Positions 25,451 through 35,621 of a DNA stretch of 44,767 nt are shown here, piece by piece. The notes below the pieces were generated by a model, which was not told the DNA's origin, did no database searches, and saw only the letters and a list, made by a program, of their open reading frames with translations. The stretch comes from an uncultured Methanosarcinales archaeon (GTDB taxonomy: Archaea; Nanobdellota; Nanobdellia; Woesearchaeales; JAGWAF01): NCBI GenBank assembly GCA_964359785.1, contig CAYHWL010000004.1, positions 1 to 44,767 on the forward strand, written 5' to 3'. Position 1 is the stretch's first letter. Each line of letters opens with the position of its first letter. Made by a program: the position numbers and the translations under genes.

Positions 25451-25481
25451 GCCAACTCGAGGGCAGAGTGGAGATGCAACC

Positions 25482-25544
25482 TAAATGCAAAATGTCTTTT
25501 ATATGATACAGATTATGCCAAATAGGTTCAATGGAAAAAACAAA
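25482..25544 (+). repeat. 63-bp direct repeat, copy 2
   Basis: taaatgcaaaatgtcttttatatgatacagattatgccaaataggttcaatggaaaaaacaaa; not followed by an intact gene. Confidence 0.92.
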
Positions 25545-25595
25545 TAGACTTACTATCTTCCAGATATCAATGAAGGATCCCTTCAAGATGTTCAT
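25545..25595 (-). pseudogene. Possible remnant of a vapC (PIN) toxin 5' end
   Basis: ATGA-coupled to the antitoxin stop; MNILKGSFIDIWK resembles a degenerate MxILDSSFLIDxLR PIN start, then runs into the repeat copy. Confidence 0.35.
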
Positions 25596-25816
25596 CTTAT
25601 GCTTGGTATAGAAGCAGCTCTTTGTGTTTGTATATCCTTTTGGAGGTTATCCACATCTTCTTTGGTCATATCCTTCCATGCCCCGGCCAGATCAGATATT
25701 CTTGTTTTCCCGGACAAGAGCCGTTGTATCGTTTCTGAGAAGCTCTCTGTCTTTTTCTTCTGGTTGGCTAAGAGATTATATGCATCCTCTGTTATAGTCA
25801 AGGTTTTGGTTGTCAT
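25592..25816 (-). CDS. VapB-type antitoxin (DUF217/COG1753 family)
   Basis: MTTKTLTITEDAYNLLANQKKKTESFSETIQRL...LAGAWKD; start moved to 25816. Confidence 0.85.
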   Translation of the reverse strand: MTTKTLTITEDAYNLLANQKKKTESFSETIQRLLSGKTRISDLAGAWKDMTKEDVDNLQKDIQTQRAASIPSIR

Positions 25817-25918
25817 AGTACATACAGGCATATGTGTATATTTGAACATTTGGTTTCAGGGTATTTCACTCGAACAAATAAAGCAATTCTTTTATACCCC
25901 CCACAAGAACGTCCCCTT

Positions 25919-26638
25919 ATGGCCAAGAAACATCCCGAGATAATCCTAGTCATCCCGACTTATAATGAGTCCCAGAACCTCCCGCTGCTAGTGGAGGGAA
26001 TCGATAGAGCGATCAAGAAAGAATCCTACATCGTTTTCATAATCGACGACGGCTCGCCAGATGGTACGGCCAGCTTAGCCGAAAAACTCTCAAAAAAATA
26101 CCCCATCACAGTCTTTAGAAGAGCTGGAAAGCTTGGTCTTGGCACAGCTTACATCTTCGGATTCCAGGAAGCGTTCAAACTCTCCCCCAAGTTCATCATC
26201 AGCATGGACGCTGACCTATCCCACGATCCAAAATACCTGCCAATCCTCTTGAAAAAAGCGAGAGCGGGCGCAGACATCGTCCTAGGTTCCAGATACATCA
26301 AAGGCGGCGGAGTCCAAAACTGGGGCATCCATAGAAAGATCATGTCGAGGGGAGCGAACCTTATGGCCAGATTAGCGTTAGGCATCCCTGCTAACGACCT
26401 CACAGGCGCATTCAGATGTTTCAAGACGCAGACTCTTATGTCTTTAGATCTGGAATCCATCAAATCCAACGGCTACTCTTTTCTCGAAGAGATACTATAT
26501 CTCTGCGTCAAACAAGACTTCAAGATCCAAGAGATCCCCATCATCTTCAAAGACAGGGAGCTTGGCGCTTCCAAACTCTCAAAAAAAGAGATGGTCAAGT
26601 TCTTCTGGACTCTGATCAGGTTGAGGTTCTTGAGATAA
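25919..26638 (+). CDS. Polyprenol monophosphomannose synthase-like GT2
   Basis: IPTYNE, DDGSPDGT, KLGLGTAY, MDADLSHDP, GSRY, DLTGAFR, SNGYSF; start moved to MAKKHP. Confidence 0.92.
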   Translation: MAKKHPEIILVIPTYNESQNLPLLVEGIDRAIKKESYIVFIIDDGSPDGTASLAEKLSKKYPITVFRRAGKLGLGTAYIFGFQEAFKLSPKFIISMDADLSHDPKYLPILLKKARAGADIVLGSRYIKGGGVQNWGIHRKIMSRGANLMARLALGIPANDLTGAFRCFKTQTLMSLDLESIKSNGYSFLEEILYLCVKQDFKIQEIPIIFKDRELGASKLSKKEMVKFFWTLIRLRFLR

Positions 26639-26672
26639 TCACCTTTTTATCTCCCCCCGAATAAATCCACCC

Positions 26673-27452
26673 ATGACCCACTGCAATCTCGAAGGCTACA
26701 CGATTCACGCAAAACAGATGTCTCGTAGAGTCAGAGACCGAAAATCCCATCCAGAGCTTTCCGCGATAGATCGGATAGTGGAGGCCAAGTTACAAGAGAG
26801 ACAACCCCTCACGATCCTCGACATCGGTTGTGGCACTGGTGAACGGCTCAAGATGATCCTTGAAAGATCAGATATTGACCTAAATAAGGCAAAAATCACT
26901 GGTGTGGACTTCTGCCTCCCTCTTTTAGAAGAGGCAAAAGACAAGGAACTAAACGGCAGAAAAATCTATTGCGATCTCATCCACACTGACGCAAAAGACA
27001 TCCCAAATGAAAAGCAGTTTGATATTATTCTCTGTTTATTCTCAGTCCTAAACAACGTAGGTGACCTCATGGCGGTAAACACTTGGGCCCCACTCCTAAG
27101 AAAAGACGGCCTCCTGATCCTAGACGTCCTGCATCCGGGAGTCATCCCACATTTCTTCAAGGACAAGGAGCCGATACTAGAAAAAAGATTCGGCAAGACA
27201 GAACAAAACGTCTTCTATTACCGAAGAAAGACCGACAACTCATTTGGCCAAGCGACGATCTGGTCATTCGACATCCTAGCCGACACGCTCCAAGCGAACA
27301 ACTTAGCCATCAAAGAGGCTTACGATATCCTCACATTCAGATCAAAAGGGAGAAAAGGCGCCTTGGCAAGACCCTACAAAGACAACACCCCAGGCACTAC
27401 TCACGAGAAAGCCTGGCCAAACAGTATCCTCTTCATCTGCACCAAACCTTAA
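26673..27452 (+). CDS. Class I SAM-dependent methyltransferase
   Basis: ILDIGCGTG, GVDF, FDIILC, LRKDGLLILD. Confidence 0.88.
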   Translation: MTHCNLEGYTIHAKQMSRRVRDRKSHPELSAIDRIVEAKLQERQPLTILDIGCGTGERLKMILERSDIDLNKAKITGVDFCLPLLEEAKDKELNGRKIYCDLIHTDAKDIPNEKQFDIILCLFSVLNNVGDLMAVNTWAPLLRKDGLLILDVLHPGVIPHFFKDKEPILEKRFGKTEQNVFYYRRKTDNSFGQATIWSFDILADTLQANNLAIKEAYDILTFRSKGRKGALARPYKDNTPGTTHEKAWPNSILFICTKP

Positions 27453-27478
27453 TAAACAAACGCAAGATTTCTCGTCTT

Positions 27479-28645
27479 ATGTCCTGGTTTCCAAAATACG
27501 AATTAAAGCCGATCTACAAGCCTTTTGTCCAAGTGATTGACTTTCTAGGCAGTATCATGTTCTCCCCTTTCAAGCCAAAAGAAAAGATCATAAATAGCGA
27601 TATCAAAAGCATCCTCCTCATCAGATTGGATAACATGGGCGATGTCCTCACAACCACACCAGCTATAAGGGCGATAAAAAAAGGATTCCCAAACTCCAAG
27701 ATTGACATCCTTATCCGTCCAGCGACAAAGGATCTGATAAAGAACCATCCGGCGATTGATAAGGTCATCGAATTCGACAGCCCATGGCTGCACAGGTCTG
27801 GCGCGTTGAATATCCTCGAATCCTTCAAAGCATTCAAGTCCAATCCGATAATCAGCCAATTAAGACAAAAACACTACGACTTAGCTATCGAATTCCATAC
27901 CGATCCAAGGAACCTCTTGTTAACCTACATAATAGGCGCCAAAAGAAGATTAGGCCATGATGTGAGAGGCCTTGGATTCCTTCTTACAGATGTGGTCCCA
28001 TACAAGAAGGGGAATCATATCATTGAGCGTAATCTTCTCCTCCCAGAGTATCTCGATTGCAAAGCAAAAGACAAACACACTGATCTTTTCTTGGACAAGC
28101 CTTCCTTCACCCAAGCCGATAGATGGATAGAAAAGAACATCAGAGGCCAATTCATCTGCATCAATCCTTGCACAGGAAGGCCCAACAAATTCTGGTTAGA
28201 CCAAAGGTGGGCTCAAGTGGCAGATCAGCTCATCGAAAAGCTCGGCATCACTGTGGTTTTCACGGGCGCAAAACAGGACACTGATAGAATAAACAATATC
28301 ATCTCCCAGATGAAGAACAGATCTTCCGCAAAAGTTGCGGCAGGGTCTCTTTCCCTGCTTGCGAGCGCCGCTTTATTCAAGCGATCCAAACTGCTTCTAG
28401 CCACGGATACAGGTCCGCTCCATATAGCCAAAGCGATGAGAACACCTATCATAGGCCTCTTTGGTCCAGTTGACCCTAAAGAATGGGGCTATGATGACAA
28501 GACTAGCATCACGATTGACAAATTCAAGGATTGCAAGTGCAAGTATCTTCCTGACTGCGTGCAGGAGGATAAGTATTTATGCATGAGAGGGATATCTGTC
28601 CAAGAAGTGGTTGAGGCGGCTTTGAAGTTATGGAAAAAGAACTAG
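27479..28645 (+). CDS. Glycosyltransferase family 9 (heptosyltransferase-like)
   Basis: ILLIRLDNMGDVLTTTPAIRAIK, YDLAI, KFW...WAQV, ATDTGPLHIA...IIGLFGP; start placed at MSWFPKY (27479). Confidence 0.9.
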   Translation: MSWFPKYELKPIYKPFVQVIDFLGSIMFSPFKPKEKIINSDIKSILLIRLDNMGDVLTTTPAIRAIKKGFPNSKIDILIRPATKDLIKNHPAIDKVIEFDSPWLHRSGALNILESFKAFKSNPIISQLRQKHYDLAIEFHTDPRNLLLTYIIGAKRRLGHDVRGLGFLLTDVVPYKKGNHIIERNLLLPEYLDCKAKDKHTDLFLDKPSFTQADRWIEKNIRGQFICINPCTGRPNKFWLDQRWAQVADQLIEKLGITVVFTGAKQDTDRINNIISQMKNRSSAKVAAGSLSLLASAALFKRSKLLLATDTGPLHIAKAMRTPIIGLFGPVDPKEWGYDDKTSITIDKFKDCKCKYLPDCVQEDKYLCMRGISVQEVVEAALKLWKKN

Positions 28646-30510
28646 ATCTAAAGAGCGTATTGAATCATCTCCCAGTCATACTAGTCGTGATTGGGACGTT
28701 CCTGGGCCTTTACTTCGTGAGCCCACTAGCGCAAGACGGCGTCCCTATGAATATCGACCTTGCTTTTCATTACGGCAGGATAGCGTGTTTTGAGAAGTCC
28801 CCCATGTTAAGCCTTCCTACTTTCTGGTGTCCTCAAAGCCAAGCAGGCATCGCTTCATTCCAAGCTTATGCCATGATGCCGTTCCATCTGGTCTCCATTT
28901 TCAGTTGGGTGATGTCCCTAGCTGCAGCCTACAAGCTCATGCTCGTGTTCACCTTCTTCCTTCTCCCAGCAGGAGCGCTTTTCCTATTATGGTATTTTGA
29001 TATGCCTTTGGCCGGCGCATTTGCTTATCTGCTTTTGATTGTCGAGCATGGCTCTTGGCATGCTGGTTCTTTCGATAAGATCTTCCTGGTGGGCATGTTT
29101 AGCAATGCGTTTGGCTCTGGCATGCTGCTCTTTGCGTTGGCGGGAGCATACTTGTTATTCGAAAAGCCATCTTGGAAGTCCTGTATAATAGCATCAGCCA
29201 TCACGGCCATCTTCTTCCTTGGTCACGCGGCCACGTTCATGTTTTTCCCATTGGTGCTCATCTTGATGGCCGTCCTTTACAAGGATTCTGCTCTAAAGAA
29301 TTGGAAGAAGTTGGCTGTATACCCATTGGTGGTCTTTCTGCTTGTCTCCTACTGGCTTGTCCCATTCATCGCCAAGAACGCGTACTATGTGGACTCGGGT
29401 GGCGGCAATGTCAAGTATCAAGAGATCCAGGATTATCTTTTCAAGGATCTAAGTTGGATCCTATTGTCGTTCTCCCTGATAGGTTTTGTCTATTGCGTGA
29501 TCTTCGGTGACAAGAGGCTCAAGGTCTTAGGCGCCATATCTCTTATCATCCCCCTATTGTGGCTTTTGGGTTTCATCTGGCCGTCATTTTTCTATTTCAA
29601 GTATATCCAGATGATCCGCAATCTTGGTGAAGCTAGGACATTCATCCTGATTTTCGCAGGGATCGCCTTAGGCGCCATAGGCAAGATAAACTTGAGAATC
29701 AGAAATTTCCGTCTTCCTTTGGCAGTGATTTCAATCATCCTTCTCTACTTGATAGCCCAACCCCTATTCGCCCTGACCGATTCAAAGAAATCCTCCATAT
29801 TGATGTCCAGCCAGCCTGATTTTGTCAGACAAGCGAACCTGTATTCAAAATTGGAAGGCATCCCAGGTCGTATCATCGTAGAGGATACCCTCTTCTATAT
29901 CCCAAACACGGTGTTCATGCTCTCACACCCATATGCTCTCTCACCATCGATTTCGGATGTCGAGCTTCTGGGCGCGGGTGACAATCTTTACAACAGTCCT
30001 GATTTCTCGAACACCCAGCAGGATGTTTTCTTCGATAGACCTATCTCATCAGTCACAAAAGCCCAGATGGACCACATCCTCACTGACCTAAATGTGCAGT
30101 ATGTGATAGCTTTCGCAGGGCCATACATGGACAGGTTCCAGAATTTCACGATCACAAATCAGGATCCCCCTTTCACGGTTTATGCGACAAATATCACCTC
30201 ATCATATTTTAGGATGGAGGACGCGAGACTTAGTGATGAAGTTTACAGACGCACAAGCGCAAGTGTGCGTGTCACCTCTGAAGGTGGGGAGCTCCTCTTC
30301 AAAGTGAGGGAATTCCCTAATTGGCAAGTAAAGATCGACGGGATTGAAGTCCCGCACAAAGTTAGTGATCTTGGACTCTTGATTGTCCAAGTCCCGGCAG
30401 GCGAGCACATCGTGACATATGATTATGTCTATCGGTTTGTTGATATCTTTGGTTATATCCTGACATCTGCTGGGCTTATCATGATAGGATTTTTGTCAAG
30501 AAAATATTAG
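28630..30510 (+). CDS. Polytopic membrane protein, PTPS-related/YfhO-like GT-C glycosyltransferase
   Basis: DLAFH after the first TM helix, many TM helices, LVSYWLVP, C-terminal FPNWQVKIDG...VPAGEHIV and a final TM helix. Confidence 0.75.
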   Translation: MEKELDLKSVLNHLPVILVVIGTFLGLYFVSPLAQDGVPMNIDLAFHYGRIACFEKSPMLSLPTFWCPQSQAGIASFQAYAMMPFHLVSIFSWVMSLAAAYKLMLVFTFFLLPAGALFLLWYFDMPLAGAFAYLLLIVEHGSWHAGSFDKIFLVGMFSNAFGSGMLLFALAGAYLLFEKPSWKSCIIASAITAIFFLGHAATFMFFPLVLILMAVLYKDSALKNWKKLAVYPLVVFLLVSYWLVPFIAKNAYYVDSGGGNVKYQEIQDYLFKDLSWILLSFSLIGFVYCVIFGDKRLKVLGAISLIIPLLWLLGFIWPSFFYFKYIQMIRNLGEARTFILIFAGIALGAIGKINLRIRNFRLPLAVISIILLYLIAQPLFALTDSKKSSILMSSQPDFVRQANLYSKLEGIPGRIIVEDTLFYIPNTVFMLSHPYALSPSISDVELLGAGDNLYNSPDFSNTQQDVFFDRPISSVTKAQMDHILTDLNVQYVIAFAGPYMDRFQNFTITNQDPPFTVYATNITSSYFRMEDARLSDEVYRRTSASVRVTSEGGELLFKVREFPNWQVKIDGIEVPHKVSDLGLLIVQVPAGEHIVTYDYVYRFVDIFGYILTSAGLIMIGFLSRKY

Positions 30511-30511
30511 C

Positions 30512-31609
30512 CTATCTGCTCATCATAAATAATTTATGCCATTTCTTTGCTATTGTGCTTAGAGAGAATCGTTTCTCTAGATAAGCGCTCCAGTCGAATT
30601 CATCTTTCATCGCCATGACTGTCTCGATGCGTTTGGCAAGATTGACGCTATCCCCAAATGGCACAAACATCCACTCTTCAGGCAGGATCTCCTTTGCCCC
30701 CGTGTTTGGGGTGCTTATCACAGGCGTCCCGCATGCGATGCTTTCTGCCATCAGATAGCCGAATTGCTCTTCCCAATGTGGGGTCTGGAGGCTCGGGTAC
30801 AAGAACACTTTGGCGCGGTTCAGATAGGAAGGGACTTCTTCGCGCGGTATCCAGGGGATCAGTTCACAATTGTCCCCCTGATTATTCTTTATATATTCTT
30901 GCATCTCACCGCTGCCGACAAATATCCACTTATACTTCTTGCCTTTCTTGTCCAATATCTTCTTTGCCGCAAGCATCTCTTTTATCCCTTTCTCGGGCAG
31001 AAGTCTGCCCATGAACAACACAGTATCCTCACGGTCTTTGCGCAGGGTCTTCTTCGAGAACACGCGTAGATCGATCCCAGTCTCAGGAAACACCACAAAA
31101 TGATTTCCTGGCAATTGATATTTTTCCTGGAGTATCTCTTCGGCTTTCCTTGAAGCGCAGACTACTTTATTGGCCATTTTCACGCTCACCTTCTCGAAAA
31201 GGGAGATCGGGAACCACCATTTCCTATATTGGTTCTCATAAGTGTATGTGCAATAAGGCGTGCGCGTCACGACTGCATAGATTGCCATCATCCAGGTCAT
31301 GAACGGCTGGATAGGTTCTTCGGCGGCATAGATATAGTCTGGCCGAACCCTTATCAGATCCCATATCATGGTAGGCATCATGTACTTGAATTGCCCCCAT
31401 CGGCTGAACCATATCGGCCGTTGATGGACATACAAGTTGCTAAGTGGTTGCGGATCCAGTTTCTTCTCCCAGCTATCCCAAAGGTAGCGTCTGCCAGTGA
31501 AGATATGCACCTCATCGTGGGGATACAACTTCGCGTACTCTTCCCACACATGCGTGTTCCTCTCGCCTGTACTGCAGGCGAACCGGAATCCGACCATCGC
31601 TATCTTCAT
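30512..31609 (-). CDS. Glycosyltransferase family 4
   Basis: FMGRLLPEKG, EEQFGYLMAESIACGTPVIS; start probably MKIAMVG. Confidence 0.9.
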   Translation of the reverse strand: MKIAMVGFRFACSTGERNTHVWEEYAKLYPHDEVHIFTGRRYLWDSWEKKLDPQPLSNLYVHQRPIWFSRWGQFKYMMPTMIWDLIRVRPDYIYAAEEPIQPFMTWMMAIYAVVTRTPYCTYTYENQYRKWWFPISLFEKVSVKMANKVVCASRKAEEILQEKYQLPGNHFVVFPETGIDLRVFSKKTLRKDREDTVLFMGRLLPEKGIKEMLAAKKILDKKGKKYKWIFVGSGEMQEYIKNNQGDNCELIPWIPREEVPSYLNRAKVFLYPSLQTPHWEEQFGYLMAESIACGTPVISTPNTGAKEILPEEWMFVPFGDSVNLAKRIETVMAMKDEFDWSAYLEKRFSLSTIAKKWHKLFMMSR

Positions 31610-31707
31610 GTGGTTAGCCAAAGGCCCCCCAGTTTTAAAACTTGCCAAGCATTGTGATCCTTCAGTTCCCTGATAGGTTTTTATAGGGCTTCTCTCTCAA
31701 GCCAGAA

Positions 31708-32790
31708 ATGAGAAAGAACCCTTTAGTATCGATAATCACTCTAAGCTGGAATGGCAAGGATATGATGTCCACCTGTCTTGATGCGGTGAAGGTCCAGACT
31801 TTCCAGGATTTTGAGATGATCGTTGTGGACAACGGTTCCGTTGATGGGACAAGTGATTTTATCAAGAAGAATTATCCCTGGGTGAGACTAATAAAAAACA
31901 AGACAAATCTGGGTTTTGCTGGAGGGAACAACAGCGCCTTTCCGTCATGCAAAGGCAAGTATATCGCTCTCCTAAATAACGACACCCAAGCTGACAGGAG
32001 ATGGCTTGAAGAACTAGTCAAAGTCTTGGAGAAAAATCCAGACATATTCGGCGTGGGATCAGTCCCTAGGCACAAGTACGGAAGGGAGGAATGGTGGTTC
32101 CCAGGGTACGGTACAAGCGGTTTCTTCGGACAGCCTTCCATTGACACGAGGATCCCAAAAGATTTCAAAGGCCTTGTCGATGTCTGGGGTCCAGGCGGCG
32201 GAGCATGCCTCCTACGCAGGCCAATTGATATGCTCTTCGACCCTGATTACTTCGCCTATTCCGAGGATTTCTGGAACTCTTGGAGGTTCCGTCTGCAAGG
32301 CTATAAAGCAGTCATGAATCCAAAATCTACTGTCCTTCACGAGGGAGAGATCACTGGGAAGAGGCTCAAATGGTGGAAGATATTCTATCAGGAGCGTAAC
32401 AGGCTTCTAAATGCTCTCATCGCTTTTGAGCCGTGGACTCTTGTGAGGCTTGCGCCGCTATTGGCCATAAACATCGTCGCGACTCTCATCTATGATTATC
32501 CGAATGCATATGCCCGAATAATAGCGCACCTATGGCTCTTGGCACATATCCCAACAATCCTAAAAAAACGCAGTTATCTTCAATCATACAGGAGAGTGCC
32601 TGATTCAAAGGTCATCAAATACATGAGTTGTGTGCTCTACGAAGAAAGCCTGATAACAAACAGATTCCTCAATAGGTTCGTTCAAGCGATAAACCGCCTG
32701 CAAAAGAGATACTGCAGTCTTGTCCATCTCTTCACTGCAGAATTCTATCAGATCAAAAATGGCCGTCTCACTGACAAGTTGACCAAATAA
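31708..32790 (+). CDS. Glycosyltransferase family 2
   Basis: VSIITLSWN, VVDNGSVDG, NLGFAGGNN, LLNND, FAYSED. Confidence 0.92.
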   Translation: MRKNPLVSIITLSWNGKDMMSTCLDAVKVQTFQDFEMIVVDNGSVDGTSDFIKKNYPWVRLIKNKTNLGFAGGNNSAFPSCKGKYIALLNNDTQADRRWLEELVKVLEKNPDIFGVGSVPRHKYGREEWWFPGYGTSGFFGQPSIDTRIPKDFKGLVDVWGPGGGACLLRRPIDMLFDPDYFAYSEDFWNSWRFRLQGYKAVMNPKSTVLHEGEITGKRLKWWKIFYQERNRLLNALIAFEPWTLVRLAPLLAINIVATLIYDYPNAYARIIAHLWLLAHIPTILKKRSYLQSYRRVPDSKVIKYMSCVLYEESLITNRFLNRFVQAINRLQKRYCSLVHLFTAEFYQIKNGRLTDKLTK

Positions 32791-32852
32791 GGCATATCTC
32801 TCGTCTTATATCATCCATTACACTTATAAACTTCGCATCATTGCCCCAAGTC

Positions 32853-34247
32853 ATGCCAGAGAAACTAATTAGGATCAACCTCGTATCGGCCCCTTCAGAG
32901 AAGCTGATGGGCAAGGAATACTCCTATCCCTTGGCCTTATGCTATCTTGGCAGTTCTTTGGAAGCCGCAGGTTATAGGGTGAAAGCCCACGACCTTTTCA
33001 GGATCCCTTATGAACAGATTGACGCCAAGAAGCTTGCCGACTGCGACGTCATTGGTTTTAGCATCCTCACATGGAATCGTATCGCGTCTTTCAAGTTGAT
33101 CCAGGACGTAAAGAGGATCAATCCTAATATCAAGATCATCGCGGGTGGAGTCCACTGCCAGACCCTGTATGGACAGATACTCAAGAATTATCCTATTGAT
33201 CTTGTGGCGATAGGAGAGGCGGATACCACGATAGTAGAGATGATCAAGATCCTTGAAGGCAGATTGGACAAAAAGGATGTCAAAGGCATAGCGTACTTAG
33301 AGGATGAAAAAGTGATCTTCGTCCCAAAAAAACTTCTCACACGTCAAGAGCTTGATGATCTGCCGTTCCCAAAATATGAGTATTTTGTCAATGACAAATC
33401 CAAGACTGTCTATATGATGACAAGCAGGGGCTGCGGATTCCACTGCACTTTTTGTTCCACGACTGTCTATTGGGGCAATCTGTGGAGGAGCCATTCTGTC
33501 GAGAGAACTATAAACGAAATTGAGCATGTGCTGGCCAAATTCCCTCATATCAAGCATATCTTCTTCCATGATGACCAATTCTGCCTTGATAACAATCGCG
33601 TTATTGAGCTGTGCAAGGAGATTGTGAAGCGTGACCTGAAATTCTCCTGGAATTGCAGTGCGCGGGTCTTCCCGATCTCTGATGAGATGCTCGGATGGAT
33701 GAAAAAAGCTGGGTGCATCTGGATCACTTATGGTGTTGAGTCAGGCAGTCAGAGCCAGATCCTTAGCATGAATAAATTGATCACTATCGATCAGATCAAG
33801 GACACTTTCGCAAGGACCCGCAAAGCAGGGATCAAACCGGAGATGTTCCTCTTTGTAGGGATCCCTGGCGAGACCATGCAGACTGTGAATGAGACGGCCG
33901 ATCTACTAGACCACCTGGGTATCTCTCTTCCTGAAGTGGGCATTCTTGAGATCTATCCAAACACCAAAGTATACGAGATCGCCAAATCCCAAGGTTTGGT
34001 CGACGATGCGTATTGGCTCTCCGATAAGCCTGTGCCGATCTATACTTTTGAGCATTCTTATGAGGAGCTGCGCCAGATGGCCAACGAGATAGTCCTTAGA
34101 GGCGCCAAGCGTGACAAGTTGGGTTTCGCTTTATTTGTTAGCAAGCATTTCCTCAAACACCCTCTCAAGGTCATAAAGGCTGGTTGGGAGAGGAAGTACT
34201 TCCAGAGGTTCCTGGGGCAGAAATATCCAAAAGAGCCAAATCCTTAA
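32853..34247 (+). CDS. B12-binding radical SAM protein (class B methylase-like)
   Basis: YPLALCYL, GGVH, IGEAD, TSRGCGFHCTFC (CxxxCxxC), DDQF, GVESGS, GIPGET. Confidence 0.92.
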   Translation: MPEKLIRINLVSAPSEKLMGKEYSYPLALCYLGSSLEAAGYRVKAHDLFRIPYEQIDAKKLADCDVIGFSILTWNRIASFKLIQDVKRINPNIKIIAGGVHCQTLYGQILKNYPIDLVAIGEADTTIVEMIKILEGRLDKKDVKGIAYLEDEKVIFVPKKLLTRQELDDLPFPKYEYFVNDKSKTVYMMTSRGCGFHCTFCSTTVYWGNLWRSHSVERTINEIEHVLAKFPHIKHIFFHDDQFCLDNNRVIELCKEIVKRDLKFSWNCSARVFPISDEMLGWMKKAGCIWITYGVESGSQSQILSMNKLITIDQIKDTFARTRKAGIKPEMFLFVGIPGETMQTVNETADLLDHLGISLPEVGILEIYPNTKVYEIAKSQGLVDDAYWLSDKPVPIYTFEHSYEELRQMANEIVLRGAKRDKLGFALFVSKHFLKHPLKVIKAGWERKYFQRFLGQKYPKEPNP

Positions 34248-34271
34248 ATAAAGGTTGGGTGCATCACGATT

Positions 34272-34856
34272 ATGGTCAAATACACTCTAGACACTGCCCC
34301 TGGCAAGAATATTCTATTAGGCGGCGGCCTGATGAAAAGGGAAGGTTGGCTCGTCTGGGATCTCAACGTGCCAAGCGCGCAGATCAATCATGATCTGACA
34401 AAATTCCCTTACCCTCTAAAAGACAACACGGTCTCACAAATAGAAGCCACTCAAATTTTCGAGCATCTGGATGACTGGAGATCCACTCTCTACGAATGTC
34501 ACAGGATGCTCAAACCCGGCGGGCTTATCATGATCCAAGTGCCTCACTACATGGGTATCTACGCCTGGAGTCATTTTGATCACAAATCAGCTTTCAACGC
34601 GTATAGCATGGAGCCGTTTATCAGCAATCCTGCAAGACATTTCCTTTTTGAGGAGACAGTTGATGCGATGGTGCATGACAAAGCAAGATTCGAGTTGGTG
34701 AGGCGCAGGATAATGTTCCCAAAAGGCGCTTGGTTTTGGGGATACCCATTGGAGTGGGTAACCAACCTATGTGCTTACACCCAGCTTATCCATGAGTTCT
34801 GGCTAAACGGCATCTTCAAACCGTCTGGTGTCATGTTTGTGCTAAAGAAGATCTAA
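34272..34856 (+). CDS. Short SAM-dependent methyltransferase-fold protein
   Basis: HDLTKFPYPL, FEHL, ECHRMLKPGG, VPH; motif I is atypical (LLGGG); paralog of 40898..41485. Confidence 0.8.
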   Translation: MVKYTLDTAPGKNILLGGGLMKREGWLVWDLNVPSAQINHDLTKFPYPLKDNTVSQIEATQIFEHLDDWRSTLYECHRMLKPGGLIMIQVPHYMGIYAWSHFDHKSAFNAYSMEPFISNPARHFLFEETVDAMVHDKARFELVRRRIMFPKGAWFWGYPLEWVTNLCAYTQLIHEFWLNGIFKPSGVMFVLKKI

Positions 34857-34859
34857 GGC

Positions 34860-35621
34860 TCACTCAAACATCGGCAGTCTCTTTATCCCTTTACGATGCA
34901 GTGTGTATCTTCCTAGCGCGCTAAATATCCCAAGAGTGTACCTCACAAGTGCGGAGATGGGCGGGCTTGCGCTCTCCTCGCCGTAGTGAGTCGGGATGGG
35001 TATCTCACCTATCCTCAATTTTTTGTTATTGAATTGTATGAGTATCTCGGTGTCGAAATGGTAGTTGTTGGAGCACAGTCCGAATTTGACTTTCTTTAGA
35101 GCACCAACCTTATACGCTCGAAAGCCGCTGTGGAATTCACTGATGTTCATTCCAAGCCAGTAATTCTCAAGCGCCGTGAGCCCCCTATTCCCTGCGTATC
35201 TCCATTTGGGCATCACTTTCACGCTGTCTCCTTTGATCCTGCTTCCAAAGACTAGGTCCGCGTCCCCCTCTTCTATGGGTTTTATCAATTCAAGGATCTT
35301 CTCTACAGGGTATTGGCCGTCGCCGTGCAACATCACGGCTATATCGAATCCACTGTCTATCGCGTACTGATACGCCACTTTCTGTGAGCCGCCGTATCCT
35401 AGATTGGTCTGGTTTCGGATCACTTTAAGTTTGTCAAGTCCATGGAGCGCCTTGTATCCCAATGCAGTGAGATTCGCGTTATCTGTACTGCAATTATCTA
35501 CAATAAGTATCTCATCTGCTCGATCGCGTGTTTTCTTATCCATTCGGTCTAAGACCCATGGCAGTGTCCTGCTCCCGTTATATGTCGGGATGAATATCAG
35601 TAATCGCAGCTCTTTTTTCAT
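34860..35621 (-). CDS. Glycosyltransferase family 2
   Basis: [40 protein letters not shown]. Confidence 0.92.
   Translation of the reverse strand: MKKELRLLIFIPTYNGSRTLPWVLDRMDKKTRDRADEILIVDNCSTDNANLTALGYKALHGLDKLKVIRNQTNLGYGGSQKVAYQYAIDSGFDIAVMLHGDGQYPVEKILELIKPIEEGDADLVFGSRIKGDSVKVMPKWRYAGNRGLTALENYWLGMNISEFHSGFRAYKVGALKKVKFGLCSNNYHFDTEILIQFNNKKLRIGEIPIPTHYGEESASPPISALVRYTLGIFSALGRYTLHRKGIKRLPMFE

Noticed and set aside
27083-27478. 132-aa N-terminal extension of the GT9 ORF
   Set aside because: Alternate frame of the methyltransferase gene, with Arg/Pro-rich non-coding character.
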